From: a virus
Direction: 5' to 3' (one strand)
IMG/VR virus record: IMGVR_UViG_3300027902_000035
Length of the DNA: 17,758 nt
The position numbers and the translations under genes are program-made. The first letter of the stretch is position 1, and each line of letters begins with the position of its first letter. Shown one piece after another: positions 8,146-15,371 of the stretch. The notes beneath the pieces are model-generated. The model saw nothing but the letters and a program-made list of their open reading frames with translations. It did not search any database and was not told where the DNA came from.

Positions 8146-8283
8146 TCATTTACACGTGCATTTATCTTCATTTTTACATTTACATTTTCTTCCTAAAAGT
8201 CGAAGTAACGGTCTAATGAACGGGATAAACGAGATCAGTCCTAAAATAGCTAAAGCTAGACAATGTGGGCATATGCCGAACAT
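8146..8283 (-). CDS. candidate small membrane peptide, 45 aa (MFGICPHCLALAILGLISFIPFIRPLLRLLGRKCKCKNEDKCTCK)
   Basis: Not in the ORF track because it is under 60 aa. GGAG lies 5 nt upstream of the ATG. It starts 25 bp downstream of the stop of 8309..8503. It has one hydrophobic helix and a Cys/Lys-rich tail. Confidence 0.3.
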   Translation of the reverse strand: MFGICPHCLALAILGLISFIPFIRPLLRLLGRKCKCKNEDKCTCK

Positions 8284-8308
8284 GACGTCTCCAGAGAAGT
8301 TAAGAGAA

Positions 8309-8503
8309 TTAACTTAAAAAAACGATCAAAGCAATGATTGCTAATAACAAAATAGCTTGAAGACCTACGGTTAAATCGCTAGCTGATTTTTTTCCTTTAC
8401 TGATACAGTCATCACAACGATAATCGTTTTTCGTATAATTTATCCAATTGATTGGTTTCGTTCTTCCACAAGCTGTGCAGGAACAACCATATACTTTAGG
8501 CAT
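8309..8503 (-). CDS. small Zn-ribbon protein with C-terminal transmembrane anchor, 64 aa
   Basis: CSCTAC at residues 7-12 and C30..C33 form CxC/CxxC pairs. The C-terminal LQAILLLAIIALIVFLS is a TM helix, giving a tail-anchored layout. Confidence 0.45.
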   Translation of the reverse strand: MPKVYGCSCTACGRTKPINWINYTKNDYRCDDCISKGKKSASDLTVGLQAILLLAIIALIVFLS

Positions 8504-8518
8504 TTTGAAGTAAACCTC

Positions 8519-9295
8519 TTATAGTTCTGGTAAGTATAGCATTTCTTTATCCCAAGCTCCGAGGATATAGTAATAGAATCCGAACGGTGATTGTACGAGC
8601 AGTATGGGGTCGCGTTTTTCATAATTCTTTTTGAAACTGTCTCTTGTCGCTATGACGAAGAATCTCGGCTTCCTCTCGGTGAGCTCTTGAAACTTTTTAG
8701 CAAATTCACTCATAGTCTCGGATGCGGCCGCAGGGAGTTCAGGTATGAAAATGTCAGCTGATTCCATGACGAGCTCATATTTGTCGAGTAGTTTTTTTAT
8801 TAGACCATCATGAGTGGTATCAAATTGTGCAAAATATTCCCAGAAGATTTTACCGTCGTCGGCTTTTTTATAATATTTCTTTCTGTTTTTTAGTAGTTCA
8901 AGTAATACTTCTGCTTCGTTTCTAGTGTTGTTCTGACCGATCATCGATATTTTGTCTTTCATCATCGTGATTTTTTCGTCTAGTCCTTCGAGTGAGTATT
9001 TTGTCGGCATGCGTTCAAGTTCTTTTAAAACATCAATGGGTTTGACAGTAATTTTGATAGTTTTTGATTTCTTTTGACGAAAATCTTCATCTTCACTACT
9101 ATCTGCTTCGGCATCCATAGCTGCAAATCTTCCAGGTCTAAAATCGACCATGTATCTCGTATTATCATCTTTGAATAGTTCTTCTCCTAATAATGATATT
9201 AAATTTGTATCTGCATGAAAAAATACTGCAGCAGCTGCTTTGATTCTTTTAACCAGAGATTGTTTTCGACGGCTTGCTTTTTTATGCATGTTCAT
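8519..9295 (-). CDS. hypothetical protein, 258 aa, with an acidic D/E/S stretch
   Basis: A strong AGGAGG RBS lies 4 nt upstream of the ATG. The last 30 nt of the gene are duplicated at 10429..10458. Confidence 0.6.
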   Translation of the reverse strand: MNMHKKASRRKQSLVKRIKAAAAVFFHADTNLISLLGEELFKDDNTRYMVDFRPGRFAAMDAEADSSEDEDFRQKKSKTIKITVKPIDVLKELERMPTKYSLEGLDEKITMMKDKISMIGQNNTRNEAEVLLELLKNRKKYYKKADDGKIFWEYFAQFDTTHDGLIKKLLDKYELVMESADIFIPELPAAASETMSEFAKKFQELTERKPRFFVIATRDSFKKNYEKRDPILLVQSPFGFYYYILGAWDKEMLYLPEL

Positions 9296-9314
9296 AAATC
9301 CTCCTGTTTAATAA

Positions 9315-9509
9315 TTAAAAACCTTCCCAGGCTGCAGCCAAATGAGCACGCACTGTCTCTTTGTCTTCTGAGTGCTTCCTGTTGTCACTATTTTCAGGAT
9401 TATCATTTGCCCAGTTGAAGAGGTTTTCGACCTTGTTTACAAAAGATAGTAGTTCTTTTTCAGATTTGAGTCGTTTAATCAATTCTGTTTTAGTCGTTTT
9501 CAATTTCAT
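9315..9509 (-). CDS. hypothetical protein, 64 aa (MKLKTTKTELIKRLKSEKELL...)
   Basis: The track ORF 9315..9560 begins at a TTG inside the upstream gene. An internal ATG at 9509 has a GGGAGG RBS, and its start overlaps the stop of gene 9509..9928 (TAATG). Confidence 0.5.
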   Translation of the reverse strand: MKLKTTKTELIKRLKSEKELLSFVNKVENLFNWANDNPENSDNRKHSEDKETVRAHLAAAWEGF

Positions 9510-9928
9510 TATGATCCTCCCTTCGTCATTGTGAAATCTAATAAATCGTATAAAAAGCAAATCTCTGCTTTTACGGCAAGATATAATTGACGATATCGTT
9601 CTGCAGTCATTATCGTATATTCAGTGCTAAAAGGATGACTGAGTTTAGAAGCGACTTTACTCCAAGGATTCTTTTGAGAATTGCATGATGATTTATTACC
9701 GAACTTAGTGATGGGACAGCTGGCACAATTAGTCGTACGATACTTGACGATAGGAGTATGTATAAGACATAATGGACAAGCTTTCCAATCAATTTCGATA
9801 TTGTACCATTCGTCTACAGGTATTTTTGCAGCGTAGTATAACATGACTAATTGTATATTTTGCCACCAATGTTCGATGCTTTCTTCTATGGCTTTAATGT
9901 TTTGTTGTTTTGTAATAGGTGAAGTCAT
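9509..9928 (-). CDS. Cys-rich HWWQNIQL-motif family protein, paralog A, 139 aa
   Basis: It shares about 55-60% identity (by eye) with the product of 10878..11303. The shared blocks are KAIEESIEHWWQNIQL, WKACPLC, CASCPIT, NPWSKVA and ICFLYDLLDF. It has CPLC...C..CP Cys pairs. Confidence 0.6.
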   Translation of the reverse strand: MTSPITKQQNIKAIEESIEHWWQNIQLVMLYYAAKIPVDEWYNIEIDWKACPLCLIHTPIVKYRTTNCASCPITKFGNKSSCNSQKNPWSKVASKLSHPFSTEYTIMTAERYRQLYLAVKAEICFLYDLLDFTMTKGGS

Positions 9929-10131
9929 AAATTCTCTTTAGTAAATGGTGTCGTCGTGTCAAAGTACCATAAATCAGCGCCACATGCATCTTTTGTTTTA
10001 CTATGTAACACTTGCATTTCTACAGAGAGTACATAATGGATATTGTCGTCCAAATATACGTCTCCTTCTTCTTCCTTAGATCGTGCAGCGCATACGATAG
10101 TTTTTCTGTCTTTACGAATACGGATAGCCAT
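9925..10131 (-). CDS. hypothetical protein, 68 aa
   Basis: ATGA overlap with the upstream gene at 9925-9928 and a 1-bp gap to the downstream gene. Confidence 0.4.
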   Translation of the reverse strand: MAIRIRKDRKTIVCAARSKEEEGDVYLDDNIHYVLSVEMQVLHSKTKDACGADLWYFDTTTPFTKENL

Positions 10132-10132
10132 G

Positions 10133-10426
10133 TCATACTCTTTTCATTTCGTCGACTTCGTACTTAGATAGTTTTTTTAATTTTTGAGCAATGATTTTTT
10201 GGCGTGTTTTGAATTCTTTGGGAGTTTCAACGTGTTGGATAGATTTTAATTCTGGAATTTCACCGCCAAAGACGGGATCGAGTTTGAAGTATCTGAAACC
10301 GTTTCTGATAGTACATTTTCTTTTGCAGGAATAATGATCAGGTTTATCTAGACTTATAGTAAAAGAACGACAGTTGTAGCAGCAACGGTACGAGATATTA
10401 ACTAGATTTTGTTTTATAGTTTTCAT
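10133..10426 (-). CDS. Cys-rich hypothetical protein, 97 aa (CCYNC...C...C)
   Basis: ORF from the track. The ATG immediately follows the 30-bp duplicated fragment. No SD. Confidence 0.4.
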   Translation of the reverse strand: MKTIKQNLVNISYRCCYNCRSFTISLDKPDHYSCKRKCTIRNGFRYFKLDPVFGGEIPELKSIQHVETPKEFKTRQKIIAQKLKKLSKYEVDEMKRV

Positions 10427-10428
10427 TT

Positions 10429-10458
10429 TTATAGTTCTGGTAAATATAGCATTTCTTT
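10429..10458. repeat. 30-bp duplicated fragment (29 of 30 identical to 8519..8548), a fossil of the 3' end of the 258-aa gene
   Basis: Plus-strand ttatagttctggtaaatatagcatttcttt matches ttatagttctggtaagtatagcatttcttt at 8519-8548. On the minus strand it encodes KEMLYLPEL-stop, but here it is intergenic. Flanks on both sides diverge. Confidence 0.6.
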
Positions 10459-10472
10459 TTCACAGACAATCA

Positions 10473-10838
10473 TTATTTATCTGCTTCTGCAGTATTACCT
10501 GCTATTTCTTTTTTCATCTCATCGTCTAAAACAACTTCGCAATCAAATTGTTCTGAATTTTCATCATAATAAATAAGTGAATAACCATCATATGAGTCTG
10601 AATAACCCATTCCATTATGATACCATCCTTCTTGTACTAAACTCCAATAGGGTCCTACATAGTTATCGCCGCCACCACGACCGTTCGGATAAGACTTTGC
10701 TAATATTTCGCAAGCGACGATGTAATTTCTGAGTTCATCTGTTTCATCTACTAGGGTATCTCTTAAGTTCATTAAAAATGAATATCGTCTCGTGGAAGTC
10801 ATCGGCGTCACCTTCCATAGTTCTAATAGTGAGCTCAT
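10473..10838 (-). CDS. hypothetical protein, 121 aa (or 109 aa from ATG 10802)
   Basis: The first ATG at 10838 has no SD. The internal ATG at 10802 (MTSTRRY) is preceded by GGAAGGTGA with 5-nt spacing. It occupies the slot equivalent to 9315..9509 in the duplicated block but is unrelated in sequence. Confidence 0.45.
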   Translation of the reverse strand: MSSLLELWKVTPMTSTRRYSFLMNLRDTLVDETDELRNYIVACEILAKSYPNGRGGGDNYVGPYWSLVQEGWYHNGMGYSDSYDGYSLIYYDENSEQFDCEVVLDDEMKKEIAGNTAEADK

Positions 10839-10877
10839 ATAAATTTTTTTTCAATTCTAATTTTTTAGGCTTTTTTA

Positions 10878-11303
10878 TTATTTCCATGATTTTTCTTTTT
10901 GGATTCTCTTGATGATAGTTATTTTTTTTACGAAGTCTAGTAAGTCGTATAGGAAACATATTTCATTTTTCATGGCAAGATATAATTGATTATATTGTTG
11001 TATAGTTATAGGAAAGTAAGGAAAAGAGCTAAGTTCATCAGCTACTTTAGACCAGGGATTAGTCGAAGAGTCGCACATGCTGTTAAACTCGGTGATAGGG
11101 CAAATGCTGCAGGTAGTATGATGTTCCTTGTTAGTGTACAGGTGACATAATGGGCAAGTTTTCCAGCTTATTTCAATGTCGTGCCATTCGTGTCGTGGTA
11201 TTTTTGCCATGTAGTATAGCATAGTTAGTTGAATATTTTGCCACCAATGTTCGATGCTTTTTTCGATAGCCTTGACGTTTTGTTTTAGTGTGAGCCTGTT
11301 CAT
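10878..11303 (-). CDS. Cys-rich HWWQNIQL-motif family protein, paralog B, 141 aa
   Basis: Same evidence as paralog A. The conserved C-terminus (ggcaagatataattga at the DNA level) is also shared. Confidence 0.6.
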   Translation of the reverse strand: MNRLTLKQNVKAIEKSIEHWWQNIQLTMLYYMAKIPRHEWHDIEISWKTCPLCHLYTNKEHHTTCSICPITEFNSMCDSSTNPWSKVADELSSFPYFPITIQQYNQLYLAMKNEICFLYDLLDFVKKITIIKRIQKEKSWK

Positions 11304-11542
11304 ATTTTTCTGTCATGATTGTTAAGGTTATTTTTGTATTGGTCTTTTGCGACTTGTTGAGAACGGTCAATAAGATTAAATCTTTCTTTCGATAATTCAG
11401 TTAAGGGTATCGTTGGATTTTTGGGTATATCATATAGTGGCATCTCATATTTTTTTAAAGGAATACCAATCTTTATTAAATAATCAATAAAAGATGAAGG
11501 AACCGTTATTGTAAAAAATTTATATTTAAATTGTTTTTTCAT
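11300..11542 (-). CDS. hypothetical protein, 80 aa
   Basis: ATGA overlap at both ends (11300-11303 and 11539-11542). Confidence 0.4.
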   Translation of the reverse strand: MKKQFKYKFFTITVPSSFIDYLIKIGIPLKKYEMPLYDIPKNPTIPLTELSKERFNLIDRSQQVAKDQYKNNLNNHDRKI

Positions 11543-11868
11543 ATTCTACGCTGACTGCAAATTTTATCTGTACATTTTCCACTATGTTGAGAGACGCAAT
11601 TAGAGAAACACGTTTCATTTAACTTCTGTTTGATTTCTTTCATTTTTTTCTTTAGCATTTTAGAGTGTTTTGATTTGAAGACCATTGGAGTTAGCATAGG
11701 AGATTTTGTCTTCTTGAGATGTATCATGATGTCTGGAGAAAGTGAGAATCCGATCATGTCCTTTATTTCATATTCTTGTTTACCACAGAAGATCTGTATT
11801 TGTGCTTTTTTCCTGTCTTTTGAGTCTACTTCTTTGGTGAGGCAATCGATCAATTTTTTTACATTCAT
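11539..11868 (-). CDS. hypothetical basic protein, 109 aa, with a C-terminal Cys cluster (CFSNC...C..C)
   Basis: An AAGGA lies upstream. Coupled to the downstream gene. Confidence 0.45.
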   Translation of the reverse strand: MNVKKLIDCLTKEVDSKDRKKAQIQIFCGKQEYEIKDMIGFSLSPDIMIHLKKTKSPMLTPMVFKSKHSKMLKKKMKEIKQKLNETCFSNCVSQHSGKCTDKICSQRRI

Positions 11869-11881
11869 AAGTTTGATGTCC

Positions 11882-12196
11882 TTATTTTACTTTGAATTTT
11901 TTGAATAAGTTTATATTTGCGAGGACTTTATCGATGTCTTTTTGAATGTCCCACCAACAGATCATGAACATCCGTGAGTCCTTCGTCACTCCGAGGATGA
12001 CAGGGTCGAGCTTGAAATTGGGTGAGTAAGATCTTCGTTCGATCTTGAATTGAGGATGCGCAATCGTAAAGGCTTCAATATCGGAATGCTCGAACATAAT
12101 AACAAATTGTCTCTGAGTGACATCGTAAGTAATTTTGATGTCTTTCTTTATCTTATTACTATATTCAAGGATATTTAAAATACGTTTTTTTGCCAT
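11882..12196 (-). CDS. hypothetical protein, 104 aa
   Basis: AGGA 7 nt upstream. It starts about 20 bp downstream of the tRNA-like gene. Confidence 0.5.
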   Translation of the reverse strand: MAKKRILNILEYSNKIKKDIKITYDVTQRQFVIMFEHSDIEAFTIAHPQFKIERRSYSPNFKLDPVILGVTKDSRMFMICWWDIQKDIDKVLANINLFKKFKVK

Positions 12197-12215
12197 GAAG
12201 AATCCTGTGAAAATA

Positions 12216-12294
12216 TCAGCAGGGATGGATTCGAACCACCGACCCCTCTCATGTTTTGAGAGTGCTCTATTTGACCCAGCTGAGCTACCTGCTG
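12216..12294 (-). tRNA. tRNA-like gene with a tRNA-Val-like backbone and atypical anticodon loop (apparent anticodon AAC, no U33); CCA not encoded
   Basis: Minus-strand reading: CAGCAGG TA GCTC AGCTGGGTCAAATA GAGC A CTCTC AAAACAT GAGAG GGGTC GGTGG TTCGAAT CCATC CCTGCTG A. The acceptor stem is a perfect 7 bp (C1:G72). D-stem and T-arm (GGTTCGAATCC) are canonical. The D-loop is 14 nt. Body similarity to the E. coli tRNA-Val sequence recalled from memory (TAGCTCAGCTGGG...GGGTCGGCGGTTCGATCC) is high. Confidence 0.55.
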
Positions 12295-12326
12295 TTAATA
12301 GATATAATCATGTAAAATAGCGTAGA

Positions 12327-12689
12327 CTATGTATTTTTAAACTTATTTGCTAATGTCTCTAATGTCTCCCAAAGTCCTTTCAAATATTCTTCGTATTTGC
12401 TGTCGACAATTGCGTTACACACGTCTAAATCTTTTTTATCAATGCCGACTAATGTATTAGCTAGTAAATTTTTAAAGAGGTCTCTAGCCGGAATCATCAG
12501 GTCGTTAGTCACAAATTCACGCGTTTTCTCTCTGTCTGAGTTGAAAGCTGTTTTAGATAATAAGTAGATGCTCAGTGCACTGCCGATAATAGAAAACATC
12601 TTGGTGAAAAACTCTTCAGTTCCTTCCGATAATTTTCCTCTAAATTCATCATCAAGTAATTCATCATTGAGAGCATCGATGAGGTTCAT
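12327..12689 (-). CDS. hypothetical protein, 120 aa
   Basis: A strong AAGGAG RBS lies 7 nt upstream of ATG 12689. Confidence 0.55.
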   Translation of the reverse strand: MNLIDALNDELLDDEFRGKLSEGTEEFFTKMFSIIGSALSIYLLSKTAFNSDREKTREFVTNDLMIPARDLFKNLLANTLVGIDKKDLDVCNAIVDSKYEEYLKGLWETLETLANKFKNT

Positions 12690-12891
12690 AAATGTCTCCT
12701 TTTAAATTTTCTTTTTGCTGTTGATCTTTTTGTTCAAAATATTCACAGATACATTTCATTTTAGCCGCAGTTATACTCATAGTCTCATGTAATTTTTGTA
12801 CACGCTCTAATGGAGCAATTTTTTTTGGTATTTTACTAACTATACCTATCAACAATTCAATACGTAAAATTCGATCTTCTAATGATAACAT
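12664..12891 (-). CDS. hypothetical protein, 75 aa
   Basis: Its ATG directly abuts the upstream stop (TAAATG). Its 3' end overlaps the next gene's RBS by 26 nt. Confidence 0.4.
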   Translation of the reverse strand: MLSLEDRILRIELLIGIVSKIPKKIAPLERVQKLHETMSITAAKMKCICEYFEQKDQQQKENLKGDIYEPHRCSQ

Positions 12892-13569
12892 TTATTTTTT
12901 CCAAGGCATTATGACTATTTCTTCTTTAGAGTCAGTGTCGTCCTTTTCTACAGCCGTTTCTCTCTCTTCTTCTGTTAGATCACGGAACAATTTACCATCA
13001 GACTTTCTAATATCAATCTCATTCTCGACTTCAAGATTGTCTTCATCATGCCAACGTTTAAGTCCGAAAAAACCCTCATCAATGTCACTTAATAATTTAT
13101 AAGGAAGCACGTCTGGCTCAGAAAAATCAAAGATCAGAATCTCATATGGACATGCCCAAACGCATCCTTCAACTGCTAATAATTTTCCTGAGGGTGATGG
13201 AGTCGCTGTTATCCAACAAAAGCCAGATCCTTTGAAGCCTTCTTCAGGGAAGTAAAATTTATACGTACCATCTGTGAGATTAACGATAGAGTAACCTTGA
13301 TAATCTTCTCCACACAGCATATATTTTTTGCCATTTGGATGATTTATCCACGTATGCCAAAAAGTAGAATAATTTCTTTTGATGTCTACAACGATATGAT
13401 TATCTGAAATTTGTGTTACAATACCTTGCGTATAATTCCAGCATCCTTTTTTTGTCTCATGACTTGAGACAGTCAGACGAAAGCCTTCAAATTCAGAAGA
13501 CTCAATCACCTTGCCTGATTTTTTGAAATATTTTTTTAGATGTTTTCGCTGTTTTGCGTATTTATCCAT
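12892..13569 (-). CDS. hypothetical protein, 225 aa, W/Y/G-rich with an acidic C-terminal tail
   Basis: AAAGGTGAT RBS. TGATATG junction with the upstream gene. Confidence 0.55.
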   Translation of the reverse strand: MDKYAKQRKHLKKYFKKSGKVIESSEFEGFRLTVSSHETKKGCWNYTQGIVTQISDNHIVVDIKRNYSTFWHTWINHPNGKKYMLCGEDYQGYSIVNLTDGTYKFYFPEEGFKGSGFCWITATPSPSGKLLAVEGCVWACPYEILIFDFSEPDVLPYKLLSDIDEGFFGLKRWHDEDNLEVENEIDIRKSDGKLFRDLTEEERETAVEKDDTDSKEEIVIMPWKK

Positions 13570-13570
13570 A

Positions 13571-13909
13571 TCACCTTTCAGACGGTTTTTTGATTATCGG
13601 AACGTAAGAAAATGAGATTGGGTATGGTATTCTTTTAATTGTAAACACAGCGGAGTCTTTTAGTTTAAGAGCTAACACTGGGACAGAATATTTAAGTAGT
13701 GGCATCAATCCCGTCCCTAATAGTAAGAAGCCGACGATTCTTTCTTCGACTTGATCTGACGGTGTGATGAATTCTATTCGAGATATAGCTATAGGTCTAG
13801 AAGTTTGAGCATTTAATATCAGACACACATCGCCGCTTTTTAAATATTCACGATCTGGTATGTCAAATACATTAGGAAAATCAAAAAGTCTGTCTAATGG
13901 AATGTCCAT
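13571..13909 (-). CDS. hypothetical protein, 112 aa
   Basis: ORF from the track. 12-bp gap to the upstream gene. Confidence 0.45.
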   Translation of the reverse strand: MDIPLDRLFDFPNVFDIPDREYLKSGDVCLILNAQTSRPIAISRIEFITPSDQVEERIVGFLLLGTGLMPLLKYSVPVLALKLKDSAVFTIKRIPYPISFSYVPIIKKPSER

Positions 13910-13921
13910 AGTGTCTTGTAG

Positions 13922-14344
13922 TCATTTTTTTAGTCGTGGATGTTGTTTGGTCAAGACTGTATTTAACTTTCTTTTGAGAGATCGGATTTGTTTACTGCGA
14001 TAGATAGCTTCGGCAACAGTATAACGTATATTATACTCATTTGAGTCCTCGTCCGGCGACCATGCCCCGCCGTGCGTGAAAAGCCAGTTTATGAAATCAT
14101 TACATTCATTAAGTAGGATTATATCTGCATTACGCGGAAGTTTGAGTTTTTGATTTTTTAACTTGAATTTTCCTAGTTGTGCAAGATGCCATGAAGCTAC
14201 AAGATACCACGTGTGTTTTTGGAGTTTAGTGAGTTCATCAAACGTATAGGGATGACGATCGAGGCCTTGTTTTTTACACCATATCGCTTGTTGTGGTTGT
14301 ACTACTCCGAATATCTTACGAGCTATCGACCGTATTTTCGTCAT
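13922..14344 (-). CDS. hypothetical protein, about 140 aa (ATG at 14344; the track start 14362 is GTG)
   Basis: Its ATG overlaps the stop of the Zn-finger gene (TGATG), a classic coupling junction. Confidence 0.5.
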   Translation of the reverse strand: MTKIRSIARKIFGVVQPQQAIWCKKQGLDRHPYTFDELTKLQKHTWYLVASWHLAQLGKFKLKNQKLKLPRNADIILLNECNDFINWLFTHGGAWSPDEDSNEYNIRYTVAEAIYRSKQIRSLKRKLNTVLTKQHPRLKK

Positions 14345-14529
14345 CAAGAGCAGCTTTTGCACAGGTCTTTACCTAGTTTACTCCAGCATGTGTGACACAT
14401 GGGTTTGTCACATTTTCTACACTCAAATATGTGGCCGGCACATAATCCAGCACCGCATTCAACACAGTGTGTCTTAATAGGAGCATTAACAGATTGTGGA
14501 CAAGAAATACAGTGTTCTATTTTTTCCAT
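14344..14529 (-). CDS. small multi-zinc-finger protein, 61 aa, with 11 Cys in CxxC pairs
   Basis: Sequence: MEKIEHCISCPQ...CVECGAGLCAGHIFECRKCDKPMCHTCWSK...CKSC. It has five CxxC pairs plus His, an interleaved treble-clef/B-box/RING-like arrangement. Confidence 0.55.
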   Translation of the reverse strand: MEKIEHCISCPQSVNAPIKTHCVECGAGLCAGHIFECRKCDKPMCHTCWSKLGKDLCKSCS

Positions 14530-14546
14530 TTTAATACCTCTAAAAT

Positions 14547-14717
14547 TTAATATGGAGTAATGGCACAGAACGCAGTGCTATGCATGCTACTACCGCATAT
14601 CTCACACGGCGGTTGTTTTGTTCTTCTACACATTTCGTTACAAGCATCTAATCTTTTATTGTCTGCTTCAAGTTCACGAATCAGATTTTCGGAAAGTGGA
14701 ACTTCTGTACTTGTCAT
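14547..14717 (-). CDS. small Cys-rich protein, about 56 aa (the track ORF extends to 14816, giving 89 aa)
   Basis: The C-terminal CNEMC-x8-CEIC-x8-C is Zn-ribbon-like. The internal ATG at 14717 has AAAGGG upstream and sits 27 bp past the upstream stop. The longer form would overlap the upstream gene by 73 bp. Confidence 0.4.
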   Translation of the reverse strand: MTSTEVPLSENLIRELEADNKRLDACNEMCRRTKQPPCEICGSSMHSTAFCAITPY

Positions 14718-14743
14718 AAAAGAAACCCTTTCTATAGAATTAT

Positions 14744-15055
14744 TCAATTCTTTTTCTTTCTTTTTGATGGTGTTGGCTTGAATTTGATTATTTTGCCTTT
14801 CTTTTCTTCGTAACATATAGGACCCATTCCGTCATCACGAACGCCAAACATTCCATTGAGAAGCCCAAGAAATCCAACCTTTGATACGATGTGTGGCTCG
14901 TGGTGATCAACTTGGATTGTCGGATGTCTTTCGACAGATTTACAACAATTCTCTCTCTGTTTTATCAGTTCGTTAGCACATTCCGGATCGAGTCTTAAAA
15001 ATTCGTTTAATAAGTCACATGCATCTTGAACAGTGATACTTTCTTTAACAGTCAT
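14744..15055 (-). CDS. hypothetical protein, 103 aa (C..C...C)
   Basis: AAGGAAG RBS. Confidence 0.5.
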   Translation of the reverse strand: MTVKESITVQDACDLLNEFLRLDPECANELIKQRENCCKSVERHPTIQVDHHEPHIVSKVGFLGLLNGMFGVRDDGMGPICYEEKKGKIIKFKPTPSKRKKKN

Positions 15056-15065
15056 AATTCTTCCT

Positions 15066-15371
15066 TTATTTTAATAACATTATGGTGATAAAGCCAATTG
15101 ATATTCCAATAGTCTGTTGCAATGATATGGATTCTTTAAAAAATAATACGCTGACGACCAATAGTGATATGATATTGACGTCGACGATAAGCATCGATGC
15201 AATAGCGATATTTTTAAATTTAAAACTCCATGCGAGAAAAATCAATCCTAACAACCACGTTAAAATACCGAATAAACACCATCGTATATTCGATGATGAT
15301 AGCCATTTTTTCATCAAAATATCGCCTAATGTTAAAATAAGACCACTAATAATTGTAAGTGATAATCCCAT
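15066..15371 (-). CDS. small 4-TM membrane protein, SMR/DMT-superfamily-like, 101 aa
   Basis: It has four hydrophobic segments of about 20 aa, a size of about 100 aa, and a charged residue in TM1 (LTLGDILMKKW) placed like the EmrE E14 region. AGGA 6 nt upstream. The overlapping plus-strand ORF 15082..15381 has no RBS. Confidence 0.45.
   Translation of the reverse strand: MGLSLTIISGLILTLGDILMKKWLSSSNIRWCLFGILTWLLGLIFLAWSFKFKNIAIASMLIVDVNIISLLVVSVLFFKESISLQQTIGISIGFITIMLLK

Noticed and set aside
9610-9792. A 60-aa minus-strand ORF nested inside paralog A in another frame. Also 11173..11370 (minus), 11630..11908 (plus), 12135..12320 (plus, overlapping the tRNA), 12911..13102 (plus), 14213..14395 (plus), 14560..14781 (plus), 6709..6894 (plus), 7521..7733 (plus), 9215..9418 (plus) and 17384..17587 (minus).
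   Set aside because: All overlap better-supported genes or the tRNA/TnpB. They are low-complexity and lack RBSs.
10744-10959. A 71-aa minus-strand ORF spanning the end of paralog B and the start of 10473..10838. It contains a possible 47-aa sub-ORF MEIIKKPKK...
   Set aside because: It would overlap two genes in different frames and has no SD. It is probably spurious, though a short coupled peptide cannot be excluded.
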